Source: Oopsacas minuta | Lineage: Eukaryota > Animalia > Porifera | Direction of reading: 5' to 3' | DNA length: 64,000 nucleotides | Assembly (NCBI GenBank): GCA_024704765.1 | Contig: JAKMXF010000013.1 | Coordinates: 40,060 to 104,059, forward strand | Shown: in pieces, positions 53,720-64,000 of the stretch | Numbering within the stretch: the first letter of the stretch is position 1 | Layout: every line of letters starts with the position of its first letter | The notes under the pieces: model-generated | What the model was told of the DNA's origin: nothing | The model's database searches: none | Seen by the model: the letters and a program-made list of their open reading frames with translations, nothing else | Program-made: the position numbers and the translations under genes

Positions 53720-54190
53720 TGTGAATATATACTATGTTTATGTCCAGAAATGATTGAACAAAATGGAGGACCTCCAGGGCTGATTGTTGGCAAAAAGGGG
53801 TATTTTGTGCTTGGCTTGGACATTGTGGAGTCTTGGACGAAATTAACACCTATGACGACATTATGACGTCATTGTCACCTTTTTGGAAATTCAAAAAATC
53901 ACACTATTAACCACTGCTCAGCCAAAAATACAAGATAGAAGTTCGAAATCTGAATCACAGTTACCACCAAATGAGTTAAATGTCCTAACGTCATGATTCT
54001 CATCAAATCAAACTCATCATGTTGTACTCCGGTCATTATGACTATGCAAAAAATAGAAAAAATTCCGAATTTCTTAAATACTCGAGTAATCAAGTGCTGA
54101 GATTAGTAACCAAAAGCGACATAGCATCTCCTGTGTCACCACAAAAGGCCATTGAATGAAATATGGATGGACCATGGGTAATAAAATCTT
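53720..54190. repeat. dispersed repeat, copy 2 (see 22740-23200)
   Basis: Colinear shared blocks with copy 1. Confidence 0.8.
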
Positions 54191-55122
54191 TCTGCTAAAT
54201 TATAAACTCAAGGCACGAAGTGATGAGATTATCCTCTCTAGCAACCAAAAACATCAAGGAATTTAGCTGTTTAATACATAATCGAACTTGAGGCACTAAG
54301 TTGTCGCGTAGCCACCTAGCAAGCGGAGCACGTTAGTAAGTATAAACTTTGATGGAAATGATTCCACTCGTGGAGAATTATCCCAAATACGCTGTTTTCA
54401 TGATTATCTAGCATCCAAATTTAGCGGAATCAACTGTAACTGTATCAGTATTCGGTTATGGTGCTAATCATGAATACTAATATTCTGAGTTGTTTGATAG
54501 GTCTATTAATGAAGAAGTATACGTATAATACGTATTATAGGCCCCAATCTACAATTTTTGTCACGTAACATCTATTGGGCTGATTTCTGCAATTTATATT
54601 TTACATATAAACGGAAGTTCTCGAATTGTCAATGAGAAATATCAGCTTAGTTGACCAAATTATATGATTGGCCTACAAATACAATAGAAACATTTCCTTA
54701 TGATAAATTTTCTATATATAACATATACTTGGCACTTAACAACCCCAGCATCGAATCTTAATACGTGTCCTATTAAACATAATATAGTAGAAACGTCGAC
54801 ATAATACGTATACGCATAGCATAATATACACTAGGGAAATGACACCCATCAAATAAAGTACCATCAGATTTATACATTCATATGGCAGATTATTTCGAGT
54901 ATGTTGACTTGTCTTTTTTCCAAAATTGTTTCCGGGTATGAGCAGCATTTGTAACATTATTTGTGAACACTGTACATGTAGATAAGACAAACATGGAGAA
55001 AAAGATGATCAGTATCCAATATTTCCAAAGGAATTCCCATCTCATCTTCATAGCCAAGTAAACATTATTTATGAACCATAAAAATTACATATATGTGTAT
55101 AAACACCCTAGAGTCGATTATA

Positions 55123-56702
55123 CAGTTAGGACAAAAGTAAAAAAACAATTCAGAATTGCAAATATTTCGTTATATTCTTATCACCCTTGTAACTAACATA
55201 TTCTTATACATCGATGCCTGTCAATCTACATAAAAGAATCTTGTTCACGCATATTCTATGGTTTATTACTAACAGTTATTGTATACATCAGAGTAATTAC
55301 AGTCTGTAACATAATTATTGAGAATTTCCGACATAATCTCAAAGAACCAATTTTCTTTCAATCATACTTTACAATATCATTTACATGTAGAATTAGTTAG
55401 ACATATTCTTTCTTAACTGTTTTGACCATTTATCAACTTAGATTGCATTCTTCAATACTTAATTTATATGAAGAATCTATTGACCACGCCAACATTTTTC
55501 TCAATTCTTGAATAATAACTTGTAGATTCAAAATATTCTAATTTTTAGGTTGTAATCCCTTGATATGAGTCAACAGCGAAAGAGACTACAGATAGAAACA
55601 TTATTTATCAGTTTTGGGCTCTGCTATTCAGATTTCAAAGAAACTTGGCGTCAGTGTGGCTACGGTTTATCGAGTAAAATCAAGAAAACAACATAATGTT
55701 GGCCTGGAACATCGTAAGAGAGCTGGGAGGCCATCTAGCCTTAGATTATCTGTTAAGAGAAGCGTTACTCAACAGATCAGACGTAAGCACTATCTTTTTT
55801 TACGTACTTCAGCATCACTTGCCCCCGTAAACTCTCACACGAAACAGTCTGACGCGCGATGAAAGATCTTGAGTATAACAAAAACAAACGACAAATAAAC
55901 CAATGATAAGCGAGAAAAATCGACTGGCAAGGCGACAATGGGCTAAGAAGTACAAATATCAAGAAAGCGTGGTACCAAACAGTATTTATTGATGAAATGG
56001 CGATTTGGCTTGCTCGAAGAAGGATCAAAATGTGGACAAAATCAGGCCAAAACGAATAGTCCCGACAACTAAGAATTCTCCAAAGATCAATGTTTGGGCG
56101 GGGTTTAGTTAAATGGGAACATTTCCTCTATGTATTTTCACCGGAAATATGAACAGTCAAATGTTTGTTGATATTCTAGAAGGGCATTTGTTAACATAGG
56201 CAGAAATCTTCCACCGAAATGAATGGCGTCTTGTCATGGACAATGACCCAAAGCACACCTCTAAACTTGTCAAGGCTTATCTTGTTCAGAACATCCCGAA
56301 TCATCTTCCTTGGCCTTCCCAGAGCCCCGATATCAACCCAATAGAAAGTGTTTTCAGTTGGGTAAACCGAGAACTTATAAAATTGGCTCCTAGGACGATT
56401 TCAGAGCTAAGGAAGAAGCTTGAAATTGTATGGGCTAAGATAACCCCCGAATTTCTAGAGCCATATTGTGATTCGATGCCACACAGATGCCAGATGGTAA
56501 TAGAATCTGGTGGTTTGGCTATAAATTATTAACTAGTGATGTTTTTTCAACCTAAATCACATGAATTAGTAATCATTCAGGAAAATTGCTTCTTTTCTAG
56601 CTCATTAAATAATCTCAATAATTATGTTACAGACTGTAGATTCTAGTTTGATATACTTAGTATTAAATACAGTAAGTGGTCGATACTTTTGTCCCTTAAC
56701 TG
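55123..56702 (+). mobile_element. full-length Tc1-like element (1580 bp), pseudogenised
   Basis: TIRs CAGTTA(AG)GGACAAAAGTA with TA flanks; ATG 55565, AGRP, FIDEM, DNDPKHTS and WPSQSPDINPIESVF motifs. Confidence 0.92.
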
Positions 56703-57487
56703 TATGTTAGCAAGTCCTCTATTCTGATAGAGAATTCTACAGGGATTCACCAAATGACAACTGAAAGTAATATTTCATCTAGCTGCGAAGCATTTAGTAA
56801 TTTTGGTATATTATTATTATGTCATTTAGCTGAGATATTTGTATGCAGTAGCGTTAGCTGACGCATTGCGGGCAAACTGATTTTACTTTGCACTAGGTAA
56901 TGCTTGACATCTATTTAAGTTGCGCCATGTAATGTCGCACCAATTTCGACTTCTCTCCGGCGTCACCTTTGCGCACAACTGCTTCTACAATGTTTGCATT
57001 TTTATGCAAACATTGTAGAAGCGGGAATTTTAGTTTTTATCAGGCTTAGTAGGTAAATTAAATCGAGAAGGAATATTACAAATATTGATCAGTGTAAAAT
57101 TTCTACAGAAGTATATACCCTTAAAATTCGAATTTTTTTCCCTATCTAATCTATTATGAACAATGCGGTTAACACGTACTAAAATAAAATGTACAATCAG
57201 ATAAGACTGAATATATTATTCTTCCCAAAAGATCTAAATGTACAAACCATAAGATGTACTTGCACAGTATATGTCCCCCCACACAATATCAAATCTGATT
57301 CAAATCACATCATAGTTTCATCTTATCGTTAGAAATCTGGATAATAGTAAACTTCTATTGAATATTAAGGAGTATTCGTATACTATGAACGTAGAATCAT
57401 GCTGATATTGAAAACTTCAGTTTATAAGTACTCGGATAAGTGCCTATAATAAGACTTACCTCGGTTAATGGGTACATTTTTGTCTCC

Positions 57488-59893
57488 CATGCATAGGCGC
57501 CAAACGGGTATAATTTCCAGGGGGCGGAAGCATTATGTAATTGTGTTGCTAATAATTCTCTTTATAAATGCAAACAATATAGTATATAGAATTATACATT
57601 AATTTTGACTCCAATTAATAGGGTCACATCGGGATCACAGATTTTTTACCCGTTTAAGTGGAGCTATTCAATATTTCTGACATTGTCCTGTTGCTGGCCA
57701 ATTACCCGATTAACCGGTGGTTAAGCTTAACTGGTGGCCCAATTAGACGTAGTCAAATGCAGTATATTCCAATTGCAATAATTGAATATTGTAATGCGTC
57801 ATTATACACTAATTGGACTAAATAATTGCTTAGTTCAGTGATATATAATTATAATAATGTAGTTATTTCAGTTCAGTTCTTGTTTTCTTTGCAAACTTCG
57901 TCTTGCGAGTAGCGTTCCAATCCACGAATTAGTTGATGACATCAACCATTGAGAGCTTCTTGACGTATTCTGAATTGACCTTCAGGGTAGCGCGATGGTT
58001 CATCCATTTCTGAGTCATTATTGTCCTCAGCCATGTCTTAATAAACCTCAAGACGAGAAGGATGTCTTAGCCTCACAGCTCGTTGCGGGGAGGATGAGAT
58101 ATATTCTGACGAGAACATCCATGCATGAACATACAGTCTGTAAAATATCATACTGTTGTAGCGCAAGGAGACACTCTTCCACTAAAAATTTGGTATTATC
58201 ACCATCGCTGTACTGCAGTTTCACAAGATTGTGACAACCCTTTACATGAGCCTTTAACTACGCAACAGACTCCCCTTCAGATCTTCATTATATCTGGAAC
58301 ACACATTGTCCATGTAGACACTGTTCGAATTGCAGATAACGTCTTCCAACTCGGCAATGAACTTGAGCTCCTCTATCGTGTACCTAAAAACCAGAATGCT
58401 TCTTTGAAATCAATTATAATATGATACACAAGTCTATCACCTTTCGACAATCTATACTGCAGCCTTTTGGAACATGGTCTCGTAGATCTTAGCCTGAATC
58501 CTGTCAATTGCCTCCTACGAAAACCTACAGGTCACAGTTTTTCCCCGACGAATCCACTCGGCAACGCTTGCGTCCTGTTGGCAATTGGCTGTTCCAACTT
58601 GATCTCGATCGCTCTTGCTTTTAACGCGTCGTAGAAATCCTGTACTTGTTCTTCTGTTCCCATGCTGGTCATACTTCCAATGATGTGTCTATATTGTTGC
58701 GGACGAATCCAACTGTAACTGGTCGTCCTTGAATCTCAGTGTTAACAGGATGTGCTATTACATAAATCCTCTGCAGCAGTCTGGCACAAAAGTACGTGCG
58801 AATTTGAGGTGCGTCTTAACGTAGGAGGTAGCCAGCCCCTTGTTCTTTTGAAGAGGCCTCAATGATTCCGTCCTTCAGCCCTATCACATAGTCTAAAATG
58901 GATGGATACATTTGGCGAACGCATTCATGGCAGGCGCTCTCAGTACCCAGGGGGTAGGTAACACACAAGGGCCTGGAATTCGTTGTGGACTGCGGAACAG
59001 CCAGACGCCCTCTTCCTGAGCCAGCATCTATTCTTCTTCGCCCTGATACACCACCAGTTCCTTCAATTCGTGCCTACGGAAGAGGGAGTATTGAATGAAG
59101 AGTATAATTTCTTTGATGTATATTTGAATTTTTTGCAAATCCGAATGGCTTGCAACTGCATCTTGACAAACAAGATTCAGGTCATGTCCGCTCCATAACT
59201 GTGAAATGCAAGAGGATAGCCATTCTTTAAGATTGTCGTCACTCCATTTTTGGCCCCGCGCATTACTATGGCTAGCTTGCCCACGACATTGTTCAAGTGT
59301 CGGACCGTAGGTAATTCTGTTGCATGTTGGCGCAACTTGTTCTTGTTATGGGCCCTCAAGTCATTGACTCCCTTCCAGGAATCTTTCCAGTCTGACCCAA
59401 GCAACTGCTGATTTTCGAGGCTCTCTTTTTGCCTCATATAAGTAAGCAACAACTTATTCTCATCGAGTCCCCAGCCGCACGAACCGCACGTAGATGAGTA
59501 AGTGGTAGGATTGTAGCGAAGCCATTTGAATTCAGACTTCCAAATGTGATGGAAAGAGCAATTTTCTGCAGTTTTGGATACGATTCGATATAGAAGTCAT
59601 AAGAATGGTTTGGTCTGTACTACTGCTAGAGATATCCTATAATCCTCCAGGCTTCTTATCGAAGAAGAATGCGATCTTAGTATGCATATCCCGATTGAGT
59701 TCTGGCTGTTTTTCTACATGTCGCTTAATCACAAAATTGAAAATCTATTATATTAAAAACAGAAATATTGTATATATAATTAGATTTACACTGGTGACAT
59801 AGATCGTTACACTACAATAGATAAAGTAATTATAAGGAAATCACAAGTGGGGCAGGGCCTTCCCGCCCCTTGGTTTTCGGCGCCCATGCCATG
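57488..59893 (-). mobile_element. degenerate hAT element (ZMYM1-like)
   Basis: Imperfect TIRs CATG(G)CAT(A/G)GGCGCC; AIVMRGAKNGV...YPLAF block and an LPATSCEA...SFS dimerisation-domain remnant; no TSD found. Confidence 0.75.
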
Positions 59894-61360
59894 TGAGTAA
59901 CTGTTTACCGATTTTAGTAATTAAAACACCAAGTCAAAATGTAAATCCGGAATTTCGTCAGAAATAGTTTGACACAAATGAACCAAAATTTGTGTGTCAG
60001 ACAAAGGTGGGAAATACACTTCGAATAAGGAGTATTTAAGTGTTAGAATCATTTACTAAAGATATGTGATTATTTCCACACCTGTCCTATACAAATCAAT
60101 GCATATTATTGCAATGTTTTCATTGGTCAAGTAATTTACTCATTTGTTTAATAAGCCTCGCACAATAAATGTTTCAAATTTATGAAAAATAATAAGTTAT
60201 TGGAGATATTTTGTTGGTTGACAAATTCTACAATATACATAGAATTATTATGTGAATAATATGATCAAACACATTTAGTACCTTTGATGAAAATAGAATA
60301 TTGTGCTAGAGATTGCCTCAAAAGTTATTTCAGGTAACCAGACACGTTCATTAAAAATTCAATATTTATGACATTCCAAATTACTCAAACTAATGATTTT
60401 CTAGAATATCAATTCATCCGTACTTCTGAAGGAATATTATCGACAGATGATAGGACGAGTTTCATTAAAGTGTGCTACCATCTTGCACAAATTAACTAAA
60501 AATTTGCTTCTGCAGGCGCGTTGCGTTCGCAAACGCCATAACTCTATGAAATAATCAGAAGGAACTAGCATAACTTCGTACGAAGGGCGAAGCTCACCAA
60601 GGACAGTTTTATCAAAGATATTATAGATATTTTATCATAGATATTGATCATGACCTCTTTGAGAAATAGTACTAGTACGTATGATTATAATGAATATCAT
60701 TTGAAATCTACAAACTAAGGTAGTAATTTATATCTCTTGATTGGTTTCAATTTTCTCCGTTCCTGGTGTATTCCCACCTAGCATTTACTAAAGTTGAAAG
60801 AAACTTTGAAAGTATGATCTCTAACCTACCATAGCTTCGATCTCTGAGTTCAATATCATTCGTGGTAAGCGACTATTCGAATATAGACGATTATTCAAAT
60901 AAAGCGTTACTTGAATTATGCGAAAGGTCCATTTTAATATAAGAAACGTACTAACATGCAGGTTCCAACTCAAATTTGGGCTTTTGGAGACAATCGAGGG
61001 TCAGCATATTTCGAAGCTCAAATGCGGGTGACTTGGGACCTATAACAAACCCCACCTAGCCCATACTTAGCGAACACCTGAATATCAATAACGCGAATTT
61101 TGCCCCACACGAATTAGTACTTGACCCACATGCAAAACGGGGCGGGCGCGGCCACACTTCCAGACCCGCGAAGATTGCCGACTAAAAATAACAATGAATA
61201 AAACAATTAAAAATATTGACAGAATGGACATAAAGGTGAGCATAACATATAATAGATATTCTTGTATAGAATAAATTATAGGATAAAATAGTTTAACTCA
61301 GGAAAAAACACGCCTTTAGTAAATCAAATTAAAGAGAAAAAAGCAAAACTAATAACAAAC

Positions 61361-61822
61361 CTCTGGGGCCATCCAATATGGAGTTCCGATGAATGTGTCA
61401 CGTTTTGATATGGTCCTTTTATTAATACAAGATACACCAAAATCTGCAAGACGGATAGTTCCCTGAGAACATAATAACATATTTCCAGCTTTAACATCAC
61501 GATGTATTATTCTACGAGAATGTAAATAACTGAGAGCTTCAATTAACTGCTTAGTAACGCAAACAATTTGAAGTTCACTGAAACCATGATCCAATTCAAT
61601 AATGATGTCGTCTAAAGCGCCACCTGGGCAAAATTCAAGAAAATACCAAAGTTTGTTGTCAAAGAAGTATGCTTCATACAGTTTGAGAATATAATGATGG
61701 TCACAATCAGCAAGAATGTTGATTTCAATCAGAAACGCGTTCAATTCAGAATTATCTGCTAATTCTATAACCTTTGCAGCTGAAAATACTTGTGGATCAA
61801 GTTTTGATTGAGCCTTATGGAC
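61361..61822 (-). CDS. SLK: SLK/STK10 kinase, internal exon covering subdomains II-VIII (154 aa)
   Basis: Acceptor tttctag|GTC CAT AAG and donor GAG|gtttgt, both phase 0; AAKVI, EFCPGGA, HRDVKAGN, LADFG and RDTFIGTPYWMAPE match SLK/STK10. Confidence 0.93.
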
Positions 61823-63411
61823 CTAGAAAGATTAAAAAATTGAGATTCTGCAGAAGAGACAACAGTAGAGAGCCAAGAGCTATAATGGAGAAAATAAACA
61901 AATAAAGGGGCGTAATACACAAACAGCGTTAGGAAAATTTCAAATATAATTTTAGAAAATGTAGAAAAAGTAAAATTCTGTGAAATCCTTTGTCAACAAA
62001 CTTAAAATGGGAATTTCAATAATAATACATTTGAGGTTGTTGCATAGTATTATGGGGCAAGTGTCGCCTCGGAATATATATTTCAACAAAGATTACAAAG
62101 TGATGACGTCGTAATGACTTGTTCACAATTTACACATAAGATTTCAAATTTAGTTTTTTTGAAAATTTGTTTAACTGATAAGAGCAAATTATTGAATATG
62201 TGAATCCCTTATATCATTTGACAAGAAGCCATGTATATTTAAAGTCAAATTTCGATCAGTATTGGAATCCAGATATTTATGAGGCATGCTGTTTATGACA
62301 ATCAATTTCGTATCTACAAATATATCGAAAATCAGGCCAAACACGTATCAAATATTACTTGTACATAAATTTGATATTCCCAATCGATTTTTTACCATCG
62401 AATTACTATAAGTGAAAAGTTTTGCTTCTGTAGCTAATATGAACATTCCATTCCGCTTCATCATTAATTCTTTCTTGTTTGTACATATTTCTTCCAGATA
62501 TATAATTTCATCGTATGGTCATGTTGGAAATTTGATGGATGTGAAGCTAGCGCTGGATTCGACTGAGCTCACTTCAAATTTAGATTTGATGCCGTTCCTT
62601 TTATTGGATTTAGTTGAAAATTACAGAACAAATTGAAGACATGGACGTTTAAGAATGTCTAAAAATATTTGTACTTTTAAAAGCAAAAAAAGTGTAATTA
62701 TTTCAATGCCTTGTGAAATATAGATTTTCAGGGTTGAGCAAATTTAGTTCGAAACTACTCTCTTTCATGTGTAAATCCAATAAAGGTACATTGGTAATGT
62801 TGATTATAATGATATTAATCAGTTTAGCGTTCAGAATTATCACCTCAAACTTACGTTTATCCGCGATCAATTAAACATTAAACCCAGGTAATAATCTGTT
62901 TAACGAAATTGTTGCTATTTCATACGTCTATGGAATATAACTGAAAGGTGTTAAGCCGAGAGGTAGTATAGCAGCTCAGGCCTGTGGGTCATGTTTCCCC
63001 CTAATTAACTAACACATTACTCTAGGGATCCGAATAAACGGACCCCGCTTATTAATTTCTTGGTTTTCTTCCACCTCTGAGCTTATTCCAATTCTCCGTG
63101 CTAGCCAGCGGTAATCTAGTATGTATGTAGCAATTTTGAAATTTCAAATCTCTCACTCAGTGATTAATCACATCCGCAACCCAGGTTGCAACATAGAAGA
63201 AGTCCGTTATGTTTATACTTTAGGGTGCTGTTAGTTAGAAACTTTTTTCAGCTTAACCGCACGAATATCGTCATTATTTCACCATTTACTCAATGTAATT
63301 TAGCTACAGGGTGTATAAACTAGCAAATAGTTCATTGTAAATGATTTTTTCTTAGTACAATATGGTATAATATCAAATTCAACACGAGTTATTCTCATAT
63401 TTATTATTATA

Positions 63412-64000
63412 CAGGGTGTCTCAAAAGTCTTTTCCTCTTATGAATACCACTATAAAAATATAGAATTTCTTAGATAGATTCCTCTAATTATTTGCCTATA
63501 TATTCACCATAAAGTTTTATACATGAATTAATTCGACTTGGCATCCCATCAACTAAATTCTCAAGTATCGATGGGCTAATCCCATTCCATATATTTCCAA
63601 ATATTTTCCGAACTGTGTTAAATTTGTGGCGGGCTTTCCCTTGTCCAGCACTGCTTGCATAATAGACGAAAGATTTTCGATGAGATTTAAATCTGGGGAG
63701 TTACTAGGTCAAACACCTTTCCCCAAATCCAGGTAGATGCTTTGAAAGCCATTTCTGGGTCCTTATGGCTGTATGGGCAGGGGCGCCATCCTGCATGAAA
63801 ATTGTCTCGGACATCTTTCGACACATTTTCCTTTGGGTAAGTGGGACTCTAGTCTTTCTACGCTTAAAGGTAGGGAGACAACACTTCTCCAGGATTTCAT
63901 TAATATAGTAGTCAGTATTCACTGAGCGTTTTGGGGGGATGAAGTGTAGTTCTGATAGCCCTGACCGGCTCATCATTCCCCAGACCATCATTTTCGGGGG
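63412..64000 (-). mobile_element. Tc1-like element, 3' part, runs off the window
   Basis: TA + CAGGGTGTCTCAAAAGTCTTTTCCTC terminus; MVWGMM and FMQDGAPAHTA motifs. Confidence 0.9.

Noticed and set aside
54340-54480. Possible second vWA fragment (TVSVFGYGANHE)
   Set aside because: One short motif needing a frameshift; no splice signals or further support.
52806-61360. SLK exon 3 (expected DIWSLGIT-type motif)
   Set aside because: No such motif found by eye; it probably lies in another contig.
46012-61822. Genuine trans-splicing or circular-RNA system for SLK
   Set aside because: Split transposons independently indicate reversed contig order, including at the junction that separates these two exons; not excluded without reads, but the artefact explanation is simpler.
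150-63186. Most short ORFs in the supplied track (for example 150-368, 1612-1845, 9513-9887, 32789-33199, 53431-53823)
   Set aside because: They are antisense or alternative-frame shadows of genes and transposons, or low-complexity frames with no recognisable motifs.

Overview
AT-rich, animal-like eukaryotic genomic DNA (the ORF track's TTG/GTG starts are not meaningful here). It is built from 8 contigs joined by single Ns at 8388, 16619, 26845, 33598, 35013, 44377 and 52805. Most of the window is decayed class II DNA transposons: Tc1, mariner, pogo/Tigger, several hAT types, a Chapaev3-like element, Merlin/ISXO2, two Mutator-like families, MITEs and foldbacks. I recognised no retroelement. 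Host genes are an intronless OTUD4/ALG13/otu-like gene whose catalytic Cys is replaced by Ser (1185-3485), two exons of an SLK/STK10 kinase, a probable cell-surface protein exon split by a hAT element, and a dead VWA5A-like fragment. The main observation is that SLK exon 1 lies downstream of exon 2 on the same strand. Three transposons split across N-gaps show that contigs are laid out in reverse order with their orientation kept (D before C, G before F, H before G), so the exon scrambling is most likely a scaffolding artefact. Re-ordering restores the kinase gene and reveals a ~290-codon host reading frame interrupted by a hAT element with an apparent 5-bp target-site duplication (TSD). Percent identities are by-eye estimates, and all family assignments come from motif recognition, not database searches.
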